From assembly GCA_963719985.1 (NCBI GenBank), contig CAVRDU010000001.1, positions 32,023-96,022 of the forward strand: a stretch of 64,000 nt of DNA, in the 5' to 3' direction. The notes under the pieces are model-generated. The model was not told where the DNA came from and searched no databases. It saw only the letters and a list, made by a program, of their open reading frames with translations. Both the position numbers and the translations under genes were made by a program. This document shows, piece by piece, positions 47,795-62,915 of this stretch. Position 1 is the stretch's first letter. Each line of letters opens with the position of its first letter. This DNA comes from Candidatus Aminicenantes bacterium. GTDB taxonomy: Bacteria > Acidobacteriota > Aminicenantia > Aminicenantales > Saccharicenantaceae.

Positions 47795-47989
47795 CTACTT
47801 CTTCTTGGTGCCCGTCCCGTCGTCGCAAGGAAGGTCCTCCTTGTAATTCCGGGCCATCTCCGGGACCTGGGCGGTCGTGCAGAACGGCAACGGCCCCATT
47901 TCCCTATTGCAGCACAGGGGCACGGGCTTGCCCTTCTCCGCTTTGATCTGCTTGCCGCACACCGAGCATGTATAGACGATCTCGCTCAT
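47795..47989 (-). CDS. 64-aa Cys-rich protein with desulforedoxin-like CxxC...CC motif
   Basis: MSEIVYTCSVCGKQIKAEKGKPVPLCCNREM...PFCTT...PCDDG; AGGAG RBS; upstream TTGAAC-N18-TAAGAT promoter. Confidence 0.72.
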   Translation of the reverse strand: MSEIVYTCSVCGKQIKAEKGKPVPLCCNREMGPLPFCTTAQVPEMARNYKEDLPCDDGTGTKKK

Positions 47990-48164
47990 CGCACTCTCCT
48001 CAGGTTTGTCGGGACCTCTCCATCTTAACACCTCTCCGCCCTCCCGTTCAACCTCGGTGGGGGACACATATTCTTGACGGAACGGCGTGAAAAATCAGCC
48101 CAGCGAGCGGAAACGATACCCGAGACCCCTCCGCGGCCGACGGCAGGGGCCGGCGGCGGGCTGG

Positions 48165-48193
48165 TTGACGCCCTGCCGCGATTCGGGTACGGT
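48165..48193 (+). promoter_or_regulatory. Sigma70 promoter for kinase, positioned for a leaderless transcript
   Basis: TTGACG-N17-TACGGT; ATG 6 nt after the -10; no SD. Confidence 0.5.
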
Positions 48194-48199
48194 ATCGCC

Positions 48200-50359
<2,160 letters not shown>

Positions 50360-50370
50360 GCGGGCGGCGC

Positions 50371-51288
50371 ATGGCGATCCTCGTCACCGCCTCGGGACTG
50401 ACCAAGACCTACGGCGATCTCGTCGCCGTGGCCGGCATCTCCTTCGACATCCGCGAGGGCGAGTGCTTCGGCTTCCTCGGCCCGAACGGGGCGGGCAAGA
50501 CGACGACCGTCCGCATGATCCACTGCGTCTCGCCGTTGACCTCGGGGACGCTCACCGTCGGCGGGCTGGCCGCCGCCGTCGACAACCGGGCCCTGAAGAT
50601 GATGACGGGGGTCATCCCCCAGGAGATCAACCTCGACAACGACCTGACCGTCCGCGAGAACCTCGTCCTCTTCGCCCGCTTCTTCGACATCGGCCGGCGC
50701 GAGGCCAAGGCCCGGATCGCCGAGCTCCTCAGCTTCGTCGAGCTCGAAGCCAAGGCACGGAGCAAGATCTCGGAGCTGTCGACCGGGATGAAGAGGCGCC
50801 TGCTCATCGCCCGGGCCCTGATCAACCGGCCGCGGCTCATCGTCGCCGACGAGCCGACGACGGGCCTCGACCCGCAGGCCCGCCACCTCATCTGGCAGAG
50901 GCTCCGCCGGCTCAAATCGCAGGGGACGACCCTCGTCCTGACGACCCAGTACATGGAGGAGGCCCAGCAGCTCTGCGACCGCATCGTCGTCATGCACCAG
51001 GGCCGGATCCTCAAGGAGGGGACGCCGGCCAAGCTCGTCGAGGAGGAGATCGGGCGCGAGGTCGTCGAGGTCCGCGTCCCGGCCGAGGACGACGCCCGCG
51101 TCCTGGCCCATCTCGCCGAATTCCCCTGCGTTCCCGAGCGGGTCGGCGACACGCTCTATTTCTACTGCCGGGACGGGCACGGGCTCATGCGCAAGCTCCT
51201 CGAGCTCGACCTGCCCAACACTCTGAACAGGCCGGCGACCCTCGAGGACGTCTTTCTCAAGCTGACCGGCCGGAGCCTCCACGAATGA
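50371..51288 (+). CDS. NodI-like ABC exporter ATP-binding protein
   Basis: GPNGAGKTT, LSTGMKRR, DEPTTGLDPQAR, ATLEDVFLKLTG. Confidence 0.9.
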   Translation: MAILVTASGLTKTYGDLVAVAGISFDIREGECFGFLGPNGAGKTTTVRMIHCVSPLTSGTLTVGGLAAAVDNRALKMMTGVIPQEINLDNDLTVRENLVLFARFFDIGRREAKARIAELLSFVELEAKARSKISELSTGMKRRLLIARALINRPRLIVADEPTTGLDPQARHLIWQRLRRLKSQGTTLVLTTQYMEEAQQLCDRIVVMHQGRILKEGTPAKLVEEEIGREVVEVRVPAEDDARVLAHLAEFPCVPERVGDTLYFYCRDGHGLMRKLLELDLPNTLNRPATLEDVFLKLTGRSLHE

Positions 51289-52052
51289 GGCTGTCCTACC
51301 GCGTCGCCTACGTCTTCCTGCGCAACCTCTATTCCTACAAGCGGTTCGTCCTGCCCACGTTCATCGTCAGCCTCGTCGAGCCCCTGTTCTACCTCATCAC
51401 CTTCGGCGTCGGCATGGGCGCCTACATGGGCGCCTTCGGCGGCCGGCCCTATCTCCACTTCCTCGTCCCCGGCGTCCTGGTCACGGCCGTCATGATGTCC
51501 TCGTCCTTCGAGTGCCTCTACGGGACCTATATCAAGATCGTCCACGAGAAGGTCTACGACTCGCTCATCGCGACCCCGGTCTCGGCCGACGAGGCCGTGG
51601 CCGGCGACATCGCCTGGGCGTCGTTCCGGGGCCTCGTCAGCGGCGCGCTGATGATGATCGTCGCCCTGGCCATGGGCGTCACCCCGGCCTCGCCGTTCCG
51701 CCTCGTCGTCCTCCTCGTCTTCATGGTCTTCATGGGGGTCCTGTTCGGGGCCCTGGCCATGATCGTCACCTCGGTCGCCCCGAGCTTCGATTTCTTCAGC
51801 TACTACACCGAGCTGGTCATCACGCCCATGCTCTTCTTCTCGGGGGTCTTCTTCCCCCTCGACAACTTCCCCGGCTGGATGAAGACGCTGGCCGGGGCCC
51901 TGCCTCTGACCCACGCCGTCCGCATATCCCGGGCGGTCTTCACCGGCGAGCCCGCGCCGGGGCTGGGCTGGAGCCTCGGAGGCCTCGTCGTCCTGGCGGC
52001 CGTCGTCTTCACCGTCTCCACCCGGATGATGAGGAAACGGCTGATCAAGTAG
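51285..52052 (+). CDS. NodJ-like ABC-2 permease
   Basis: SLVEPLFYL, YLHFLVPG, DSLIATPV, TPMLFFSGVFFPL, LPLTHAV; ATGA overlap. Confidence 0.9.
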   Translation: MRLSYRVAYVFLRNLYSYKRFVLPTFIVSLVEPLFYLITFGVGMGAYMGAFGGRPYLHFLVPGVLVTAVMMSSSFECLYGTYIKIVHEKVYDSLIATPVSADEAVAGDIAWASFRGLVSGALMMIVALAMGVTPASPFRLVVLLVFMVFMGVLFGALAMIVTSVAPSFDFFSYYTELVITPMLFFSGVFFPLDNFPGWMKTLAGALPLTHAVRISRAVFTGEPAPGLGWSLGGLVVLAAVVFTVSTRMMRKRLIK

Positions 52053-52061
52053 GAGAGCCCC

Positions 52062-54823
52062 ATGAACGTCCGATCCCTCCGTGTCCTGGCCGCGGCGGCC
52101 GCGACGGCGATCCTGGTCGCGGGGCCCTTGGCCTGCCGGAAGGAGCCGCCTCCCGCCCCCCCCGACACCGAGACCTTGGGCGTCAAAGATGGAGGGCGGA
52201 CGGTCGTTCCGGTCAACCAGGTCGTGACCCCGGCGGGCCTCCAGGTCGCCCTGCCGGGCCTGCGGCCCCAGGCGCTCGCCCTCTCCCCGGACGGCCGCTT
52301 CCTGGTCGTCTCCGGGAAGACGAGCCGAGCTCGTCATCCTCGACCCGGCCACGGGCGAGGTCCGGCAAAGGTCGGCCTGCCCGCCGAAGACGCAGGGCGA
52401 GCCCGCTCCCGAGGCCGCGTCCCGAACATCCTCGAGCCCGACAAGAAAGGCCAGCTGAGCTACACCGGCCTCGTCTTCTCCCCCGACGGCCGCCGCGTCT
52501 ACCTCAGCAACGTCAACGGCAGCGTCAAGGTCTTCGCCGTCGGCCCGGACGGCGCCGTCGCGGCCGTCCCACGCCGATCCCCCTGCCCGCCGGCCGACGC
52601 CCCGCGGCGCGAGGAGGAGATCCCGGCCGGCCTCGCGCTGTCCCGCGGACGGCACGCGGCTCTACGTCTGCGGCAACCTGTCGAACCGCCTGCTCGAGCT
52701 CGACACCGGCGACGGGCAGCGTCCTGCGGACGTTCGACGTCGGCGTCGCCCCCTTCGACGTCGTGCTGGCGCGGCGGCAAGGCCTACGTCAGCAACTGGG
52801 GCGGGCGCCGGCCCGGGCCCGGCGACCTCACCGGACCGGCCGGCCGCGGCACCGATCGTCCGGGTCGACCCGTGCGCCACGTCGCCAGCGAGGGCTCCGT
52901 CAGCGTCGTCGACCTCGCCTCGCGGCGCCCTCGAGCCGAGGTCGTCGTCCGCCTCCACGCCTCCGCCCTCGCCGTCTCGCCCGACGGCCGCTACGTCGTC
53001 TGCGCCAACGCCGGCCAGCGACAACCTCAGCGTCATCGACACGCGCGACCGACGCCGTCGTCGAGACGATCTGGGCCAAGGCCGAGCCCGGCCGACCTCT
53101 TCGGCGCCTCGCCCAACGCCCTCGCCTTCGACCCCGGACGGCAGGACCCTCTACGTCGCCAACGGCACCCAGAACGCCGTCGGCCGTCGTGTCGCTTCGA
53201 TCCCGGCGACCGGCGACGTCGACGCCTCGCCGGCCTCATCCCCGTCGGCTGGTTCCCGGGCGCGCTCGCCTTCGACGCCCGCGCCGGCACGCTCGCACGT
53301 GGCCAACATCAAGGGCCACGCCGTCGAGCCCGAAGACCTACGAGCACGACGGGAGCGCCGGGCTTCAACTCGCACCACTACCACGGCTCGGTCTCGCTCG
53401 TGCCCGTGCCCGAGGCGCAGCGAGCTCCGGCGGCTGATCGAGGCGGTCGCTGACGACAACCTACCGCCGCGAGCGCATCGCCGAGGCGCTCCTGCCGCCG
53501 CGGCCCGGCCAGCCCGCCCGCGCCCGTCCCCGAGCGGATCGGCGAGCCGAGCGTCTTCAAGCACGTCGTCTACGTCATCAAGGAGAACCGCACCTACGAC
53601 CAGGTGCTCGGCGACGTCGCGGAGGGCAACGGCGACCCGGCGCTCTGCATCTTCGGCGAGCAGGTCACGCCCAACCAGCACAAGCTCGCCCGCGAGTTCG
53701 TCCTCCTCGACAACACCTACTGCGCCGGCATCCTGAGCGCCGACGGCCACCAGTGGATCGACGACGGCCTTCGGCACCGACTACCTGGAGAGGTCCTTCG
53801 CCGGCTGGCCGCGCAGCTATCCCGACGGCATGGGCGCGGACGAGGTCGACGCCCTGGCCTACTCGCCCACGCGGGCTTCATCTGGGACAACGCCCTCCGG
53901 CACGGCGTGACGCTCCGCGAACTACGGCGAGTTCATGATGCCCGCAGTGCGGCTGGACGCGACCCGGACCGCGAGGGCGAGCCGAGCTGGACCGACTTAC
54001 TGGCGAGCGAGTACCTGCACGGCCGGCGGCGAGGTCGTCATCGGGAGCCGGCCCGATGATCGAGACCATCGCGCCCGTTCTCCCCGACCGAGACACGTCG
54101 GCTGGATCATGGAGGTCCCCGACGTCTGGACGGGCCCGCTTCATCGTCGACCGGAGCTCGCCGCGTTGGGAGACAGGACGGCCGAGATTCCCGCAGCTCA
54201 TCCTGATCTGCCTGCCCAACGACCACACCAGCGGCACGAGCGAGGGCTCCCCGACGCCCGGGCGCCTGCGTCGCCGACAACGACCTCGCCTTCGGCCGGA
54301 TCGTCGAGGCCTTCAGCCACAGCCGCTTCTGGCAGGAGACGGCCATCTTCGGCATCGAGGACGACCCGCAGAACGGCTGGGACCACGTCAGCGGCTACCG
54401 CACGACGGCCTACGTGCGTCAGCCCCTACACCAAGCGCGGCGCCGGTCGTCGAGCACCCAGTACAACACGACGAGCATCCTGCGCACGATCGAGCAGATC
54501 CTCGGCCTGCCGCCGATGAACCAGTTCGACGCCACGGCGACGCCGATGTTCGACTGCTTCACGGACACGCCCGACTTCACGCCGTTCGTCGCCGTCCCCA
54601 ACAACGATCCCGCTCGACGAGATGAACCCGCCGCCAGGACAAGATCGCCGACCCCGGCTGCGCCGCGAACGCCGCTCGCCTCGGCCAGGCTGAACTTCCG
54701 GCGGATCGACGCCTGCCCCGGAGGACACGCTCAACCGCATCCTCTGGCACGCCATCAAGGGCCGCGGACGCTCCCTATCCCGCCTGGGCCGTGACCCTCG
54801 TCCCCGACGACGACGACGACTGA
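52062..54823 (+). pseudogene. YVTN/YncE beta-propeller fused to phosphoesterase (alkaline-phosphatase-like) lipoprotein; many frameshifts, probably sequence errors
   Basis: Lipobox PLAC; propeller repeats (VYLSNVNG, LYVCGNLSN, YVSNWGG, LYVANG); FKHVVYVIKENRTYDQVLGD, LLDNTYC...SADGHQW, EDDPQNGWDHV, QYNTTSILRTIEQILGLPPMNQFD in shifting frames; ends PDDDDD*. Confidence 0.78.
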
Positions 54824-54834
54824 AAGGAGAGGCC

Positions 54835-56605
<1,771 letters not shown>

Positions 56606-56609
<4 letters not shown>

Positions 56610-57772
56610 GGGACCGGGCCGGACGGCGCGCGGCACCCCGCCTTCGGACGGTCCTGCCCGGGCTCGTCCTCGCGGCGCTCGCGGCGGCGCTCGCCGCGGG
56701 CTCCCCCGACGCCCGGAGAACGCAACAGGTCGCCCCGGGCGTCGAGCACGTCGAGATCCGCCGGGGGGACTTCGGCCGCGGCCTCGGCCCCGACCGCTGG
56801 GTCATCAACGTCCTCGTCTGCGACCCCGCCAAGGTCCGGATCGGCCTCGGCCGGGCCCGCGACCAGGGCGTCGGGACCGAGACGACGAGCGCCATGGCCC
56901 GGCGCCGCGGCGCGGTCGCGGCGACCAACGGCGGCTACTTCCGGACGGACGGGCCCTACCGGGGGGAGCCGGCGGGGATCGTCATCGCGGCCGGGAAGGT
57001 CCTCAGCGAGCCGTCCCGCAAGCGCCCCGGCCTGGCCGTGTCCAACAAGGGCCCGCGGACGAGGCTGGCCGTCGTCGACGCCGCGCTCAGGCTCGAGGCC
57101 GTCGCCGCGAACAAGGCCCGCCGCCGCATCGACGGCGTCAACCGGCCCCGTCTGGACGACGAGCTCATCCTGTTCACGCCCGAGTTCGACCGGACGACCC
57201 TGACCGGCCCCCAGGGTGTCGAGGCGATCGTCGAGCGGGGCCGGGTCGAGGCGATCGTCGAGGCGGCCGGCGGCGCGGCCATTCCCCGGGAAGGGGCCGT
57301 TCTCTCCGGCCACGGCGAGGCGGCCGCCTGGCTCCGCGCCAACCTCGCCAAGGGCGGCCGGATCGAGACGACGAGCGACGTCGGCCTCGCGCCCCGACCG
57401 TCGTTCACGCCGGACTTCGTCATCGGCGGCGGGCCGCGGCTCGTCCAAAGAGGCCGGGCCTCCGGGCCGCCCGACGCCGGGACCTACCCGTCGGGCTTCG
57501 CCGACTCCCGCCACCCCCGGACGGCCGTCGGCGTCCGGGCCGACGGCCGCATCCTCCTCGTCACCGTGGACGGCCGCCAGCCGGAGATGAGCGTCGGCAT
57601 GTCGATCGCCGAGCTCGCCGCCCTCCTCCTCGAGCTCGGGGCGGTCGAGGCCATCAACATGGACGGCGGCGGATCGACGACCATGGCCGTCCACGGCAAG
57701 GTCGTCAACAGCCCGTCCGACATCACCGGAGAGCGGCCGGTCGGCGACGCCCTGCTCGTCTTCCCCCGCTGA
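56606..57772 (+). CDS. Phosphodiester glycosidase family (NAGPA/DUF2233) exported protein
   Basis: TNGGYF, HPRTAVG, LVTVDGRQ, NMDGGGSTTM; ATGA overlap with SSS stop. Confidence 0.9.
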
Positions 57773-57779
57773 AAGCGGA

Positions 57780-57808
57780 TTGACGGCCGGCGACGGCGTT
57801 GGTATAGT
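57780..57808 (+). promoter_or_regulatory. Sigma70 promoter for S9 peptidase
   Basis: TTGACG-N17-TATAGT. Confidence 0.65.
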
Positions 57809-57851
57809 CCCGTCTCATGCTCTTTTCTTCCCCACCTTCAGAGGAGGTCCC

Positions 57852-60789
57852 ATGAACAGGAAGCCCGCATTCTCTCTCGCGAGGATCGCCGTCCTCGTCG
57901 CCCTCGTCCTGCCGTTCGTCTTGACGACGGGCGCGGCCGCGGGGGCGAAGAAGCCCCTGGGCTACGACGCCTACGACGGTTGGCGCTCCATCCAGGGGAC
58001 CCAGCTCTCGCGGGACGGCCAGTGGCTCGTCTACGCCCTCGTCCCCCAGGACGGCGACGGCGAGCTCGTCGTCCTGAACCTCAAGACGGACAAGGAGCAT
58101 CGCGCCGCGCGCGGCAGCCGTCCCGTCGTCACCGTCGACGGCAGGTTCGTCGTCTTCACGGTCGCCCCGGTCAAGGCCGAAGTCGACAAGGCCAAGAAGG
58201 ACAAGAAGAAGCCCGAGGAGCAGCCCAAGAGCGCCCTGGGCATCATGGACCTGGCGACGGGCCAGGTGACGACGGTCGAGCGGGTCAAGAGCTTCAAGGT
58301 GCCCGAGGAATCGGGAGCCTTCATCGCCTACCTCTGCGAGCCGCCCCTGAAGAAGCCCGACGAGAAGAAAGAGGAAGCGAAACAGGAAGAGGCCAAGAAG
58401 GAGCCCGAAGCGAAGCCGGAGGCCAAACCCGAGGCCAAGCCGGCCGCCAAGCCGGAAGAGAAGAAGGCCGAGGAGCCCAAGAAAGAGGAGAAGAAGAAGG
58501 AGCCCGGGACCGACCTCGTCGTCCGCGAGCTCGCCTCGGGCAAGGAGACCAGGATCGCCGAGGTCGCCGACTACGTCTGGAACAAGCCCGGCGTCTGGCT
58601 GGCCTACGCCGTCTCTTCCAAGACGCCCGAGAACGACGGCGCCTTCGCCCTCGAGGCGGCCGCGGCCAGGACTGTCGCCCTGCTCAAGGGCCTTGGCAAC
58701 TACAAGAACCTGACCTTCGACGAGAAGGGCGCGCAGCTCGCCTTCGTGAGCGACCGCGACGACTACAAGGCGGAGAAGTCGGCCTCCAAGCTCTATCACT
58801 GGGCGGCGCCGGCCGCGGCGGCCGCCGAGCTCGCCCCGGCCGCGGCCAAGGGCTTCCCGGCCGGGATGTCGGTGAGCGAGAACGGGCGGCTCCAGTTCTC
58901 GAAGGACGGCGGCCGTCTCTTCTTCGGCATCGCCGAGACGCCCAAGGCCGAGCCCAAGGACGCCCCCGAGCCGGTCAAGGTCGACATCTGGAACTGGAAG
59001 GACCCCTACCTCCAGCCCATGCAGAAGGCCCAGGCCGAGGAAGACCAGAAGCGGACCCTGATGTGCGTCGTGCACTTCCTGCCGAAGGAGAAGAGGTTCG
59101 TCCAGCTGGCCACGGCGGAAGTCCCCGACATCGCGCTCTCAGAAGACGCCAAGGTCGCCCTCGGAACGTCCGACCTGCCCTACCGCCAGCTCGTCTCCTG
59201 GGACCAGGGCTACGAGGACGTCTATGTCGTCGACGTCAACACGGGGGCCAAGAAGAAGGTCCTCGAGAAGAGCGCCGGCCGCGCCCGCCTCTCCCCCGGC
59301 GGCGCCTGGCTCTATTATCACAGCCCCTCCGACGACGACTGGTACACCTACCGGATCGCCGACGGCCGGACGTTCAACCTGACCGCCAAGATCGCCGTCG
59401 CCTTCGCCGACGAGGAGAACGACTCGCCGGGCGACCCGAACCCCTACGGCGCGCCCGGCTGGACCGACGGCGACAAGGCGCTCCTCGTCTACGACCGGTA
59501 CGACATCTGGGAGTTCTCGCCCGACGGCGCGAAGAGCCGGACGGTCACGAACGGCGCCGGCCGCCGCGACAGGCTCGTCTTCCGCTACGCCCGCCTCGAT
59601 CCGGAACAGACGACCGTCCCGGCGAGCGGCCCGCTCGTCCTCCAGACGACGAACGACAAGACCAGGGCCACGGGCGCCTACCGCGTCGATCTCTCGAAAC
59701 CGACGGCCGACCCGGCCAAGGTCGTCATGAAGGACAAGCAGTTCGGGGGCCTGCAGAAGGCCAAGAACGCGGACGTCTACGTCTTCACCGAGCAGCGCTT
59801 CGACGAGTTCCCCGACCTCTGGACGAGCGGCGCCGACTTCGCCGCGGCCGCGCAAGGTCAGCCAGGCCAATCCCCAGCAGGCCGAGTACACCTGGGGCAA
59901 GGCCGAGCTCATCGAGTACACCAACGCCGACGGGAAGCGCCTGCCCGCCGTGCTGATCAAGCCCGAGGACTTCGATCCCTCGAAGAAGTACCCGCTCATG
60001 GTCTACATCTACGAGACCCAGGCCCTCGGCCTCCACCGCTACTACGCGCCCTCGCCGGGGACGAGCATCAACTTCACCCGCTACGTCAGCAACGGCTACG
60101 TCCTCCTCAGCCCCGACATCGTCTACGAGGTCGGCTACCCCGGGCCGAGCGCCGTCAAGTGCGTCCTCCCGGCCGTCAACAAGGTCCTCGACATGGGCTT
60201 CATCGATCCGAAGCGGATCGGCATCCAGGGCCACAGCTGGGGCGGCTACCAGATCTCCTACCTCATCACCCAGACCGACATGTTCGCCGCCGTCCAGGCC
60301 GGGGCCTCGGTCGTCAACATGACCAGCGCCTACGGCGGCATCCGCTGGGGCACGGGCATGTCCCGGGCCTTCCAGTACGAGAAGACCCAGAGCCGCATCG
60401 GCGCGCCGCTCTTCGACCGGGTGCTCCAGTACCTGGAGAACTCGCCCCTCTTCTGGGCCGAGCGGGTCAGGACGCCTTACCTCTCCATCCACAACGACGA
60501 GGACGACGCCGTGCCCTGGTACCAGGGCATCGAGTTCTTCTCGGCCCTGCGCCGTCTGGGCAAAGAGGCCTACATGTTCAACTACAACGGCGAGAAGCAC
60601 GGCCTCCGCCAGCGGGAGAACCAGAAGCACTGGACCGTCCACCAGGACGAGTTCTTCGACCACTTCCTGCTCGGCCAGCCCAGGCCGGAGTGGATGGAGA
60701 AGGGGGTCCCCTACCTCGAGCGCGGCAAGCGCGATGTGACGCCGCTCTACAAGAAGCCCGAAGAGAAGAAGTCAGGAGGGCTCAAATGA
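57852..60789 (+). CDS. S9 (prolyl oligopeptidase/acylaminoacyl-peptidase) family exported peptidase; +1 frameshift near 59850
   Basis: Signal peptide, beta-propeller, KKYPLMVYIYE, GHSWGG (Ser), HNDEDDAV (Asp), GEKHG (His); frames rejoin at RKVSQANPQQ. Confidence 0.9.
58345..58500 (+). repeat. Low-complexity K/E/P/A linker with imperfect 12-bp repeats encoding KPEA-like units
   Basis: KKEPEAKPEAKPEAKPAAKPEEKKAEEPKKEEKKKEP; synonymous variation between units. Confidence 0.7.
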
Positions 60790-61199
60790 GTCTGAAGCAG
60801 ACGGCCCTACTTTACGGCATCACGCTGGCGATCTTCTTCGCCGTCGACATGGTCTGGCTGGGGGTCGTGGCCAAGAATTTCTACCGCAAGCACCTCGGCT
60901 ACCTGATGGGCCCCAAGGTCGTCTGGCCGGCGGCCGTGCTGTTCTACCTGCTGTTCATCGCCGGGCTCGTCGTCTTCGCCGTCCGGCCCGGCCTGGCCGC
61001 GGGCGCGCCGCTCCGGGCGCTCCTCCTCGGGGCCTTCCTGGGGCTGGTGTCCTACGCCACCTACGACCTGACCAACATGGCCACGATCAGGGACTGGCCG
61101 CTCGTCGTCACCCTCGTCGATCTCGTCTGGGGGACGGCCCTCGGCGGGCTCGTTTCGTGGCTGAGCGCCGTCGCCGGGCGAAACCTGCTCAAGCTTTAA
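60786..61199 (+). CDS. DUF2177 family membrane protein
   Basis: VDMVWLG, FYRKHLG, YATYDLTNMATIRDWP, DLVWG; ATGA overlap with peptidase stop. Confidence 0.88.
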   Translation: MSLKQTALLYGITLAIFFAVDMVWLGVVAKNFYRKHLGYLMGPKVVWPAAVLFYLLFIAGLVVFAVRPGLAAGAPLRALLLGAFLGLVSYATYDLTNMATIRDWPLVVTLVDLVWGTALGGLVSWLSAVAGRNLLKL

Positions 61200-61959
61200 A
61201 GGCCCAGGCGATCATCTGATCCTCGGGCGTTCGCAGGGGCCGGCCGTCGAATCCGCCGAGGAACTCGGCCCGGGCGAAGCCCGCGGCCCGGAGGAGGAGT
61301 TCCAGCTCGAACCGGTAGACCCAGCGCTGGTGGGTCGAGAAGCGGTGGGCGGCGACCGGGCGCTCCGCGGCGTCGAGCTCGTAGATCTCCACCTCGGAGT
61401 CCTGGCGCTGCCCCACGACGTCCTTCCGCCGCGTGTCCCAGAGCTGGAGCTTGCCGCCGTCGGCGAGCGGCGCCTCGTGCTCGAGGACGGGCTTGCCCTC
61501 CTGCTCGGACCAGTAGGACGGCCCGGGATACGACATGTGGACGACGAGCGCGCCGTCGGGCTCCAGGTGATCGAGCGCGCGGCGCAGGGTCGCGAGCTGG
61601 TCTTCGATCGTCTCGCAATGGGCGAATCCGTTGAATCCGCAGAAGATCCGGGCGTAGCGCCGGCCCATCGCGAAGTCCCTCATGTCGGCCACCTCGGCCC
61701 TGACCTCGAGGCCGGCGGACCCGGCCCGCTCCTTCAGCCGGGCGATCATGGCCGGGCTCGCGTCGAATCCGTCGACGTCGACGCCGGCCCGGCGGAGGGG
61801 CAGGAGCAGTCGGCCCGTGCCGCAGGCCATCTCGAGGACCGGCCCTCCGGCGCCGCGGCCGACCTCGAGCCAATACGGGAGGTCGAAGTCGAGCGAATCG
61901 AAGAGCCGGTCATAGAGCTCGGGCGCCTCGTAGGGTGAAGGCTTCGACGGATCGCGCAT
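61189..61959 (-). CDS. Class I SAM-dependent methyltransferase
   Basis: GPVLEMACGTGRL, GFDASPAM, ADMRDF, LEPDGALV. Confidence 0.88.
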   Translation of the reverse strand: MRDPSKPSPYEAPELYDRLFDSLDFDLPYWLEVGRGAGGPVLEMACGTGRLLLPLRRAGVDVDGFDASPAMIARLKERAGSAGLEVRAEVADMRDFAMGRRYARIFCGFNGFAHCETIEDQLATLRRALDHLEPDGALVVHMSYPGPSYWSEQEGKPVLEHEAPLADGGKLQLWDTRRKDVVGQRQDSEVEIYELDAAERPVAAHRFSTHQRWVYRFELELLLRAAGFARAEFLGGFDGRPLRTPEDQMIAWAFKA

Positions 61960-62117
61960 GCGAGCTCCTTTCCCCGGCCCTCCCCCTCGAGCCGGCCGGC
62001 CGTCATCATAACCGAGTCGACGCCGCCAAGCAAAGGCATCGGGCGGCCAGGTCCCGACGTGGAGGCACCGGACCCGGTTGTGCTAGGATAGGCGGAGAGG
62101 ATCGAATGGAGGTTCCC

Positions 62118-62915
62118 ATGGGCAAGCCCATTTTTCAGGTCGACGCGTTCGCCGAGGAGCCGTTCCGGGGCAATCCCGCCGGCGTCTGCCTGATCGGCGG
62201 TCAGGCCGAGGCCGCTTGGATGCAGAACGTCGCCGCGGAGATGAACCTGGCCGAGACGGCCTTCCCCCTCGCCGAGGGCGACGGCTTCCGCCTGCGTTGG
62301 TTCACGCCCAAGGTCGAGGTCAAGCTCTGCGGCCACGCGACACTGGCGACGGCCCACATCCTCTGGGAGCGGGGCATCCTGCCGCCGGGGCGCGAGGCGC
62401 GGTTCCAGACGCTGAGCGGGCTGCTCACGGCCCGCCGGGACGGGGACCTCATCGAGCTCGACTTCCCGGCCCGGCCTCCGCTGCCGCGGCCGCCGGACTG
62501 GGCCGACGCGGTCGTCGGGGCCCTGGGCATCAAACCCGCCTATGTCGGCATGAGCGCCGAGGACGTCCTCTTCGAGGCGGCCGACGAGGCGGCCCTGCGC
62601 TCGCTCGATCCGGACTTCGCGACGCTCCGCTCGCTCCCCGCCCGGGGCGTCATCGTTACCAGCCGTTCGGCCGACAAGCGCTTCGACTTCGTCTCGCGTT
62701 TCTTCGCCCCGGCCGTCGGCGTCGACGAGGACCCGGTGACCGGGTCCTCGCACACCGTGCTCGTGCCCTATTGGGCGGCCAAGCTCGGCAAGAAAGAGTT
62801 CACGGCCTACCAGGCCTCGGCCCGGGGCGGCGTCCTCCACCTCCGCCACGACGGCGACAGGGTCAAGATCGCCGGCAAGGCCGTGACGGTCATCGCCGGC
62901 GAGCTCCTCGCTTAA
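62118..62915 (+). CDS. PhzF-family epimerase/isomerase
   Basis: VDAFAEEPFRGNPAGV, EMNLAETAF, RWFTPKVEVKLCGHATLA, EDPVTGS; GGAGG RBS. Confidence 0.92.
   Translation: MGKPIFQVDAFAEEPFRGNPAGVCLIGGQAEAAWMQNVAAEMNLAETAFPLAEGDGFRLRWFTPKVEVKLCGHATLATAHILWERGILPPGREARFQTLSGLLTARRDGDLIELDFPARPPLPRPPDWADAVVGALGIKPAYVGMSAEDVLFEAADEAALRSLDPDFATLRSLPARGVIVTSRSADKRFDFVSRFFAPAVGVDEDPVTGSSHTVLVPYWAAKLGKKEFTAYQASARGGVLHLRHDGDRVKIAGKAVTVIAGELLA

Noticed and set aside
54806-54820. GAC tandem run
   Set aside because: Encodes a short poly-Asp C-terminal tail; too short to be an independent repeat element.
57780-61199. 1139-aa ORF fusing the S9 propeller to DUF2177
   Set aside because: Artefact of the indel near 59850; the peptidase catalytic domain is in the other frame and DUF2177 has its own ATGA-coupled start at 60786.
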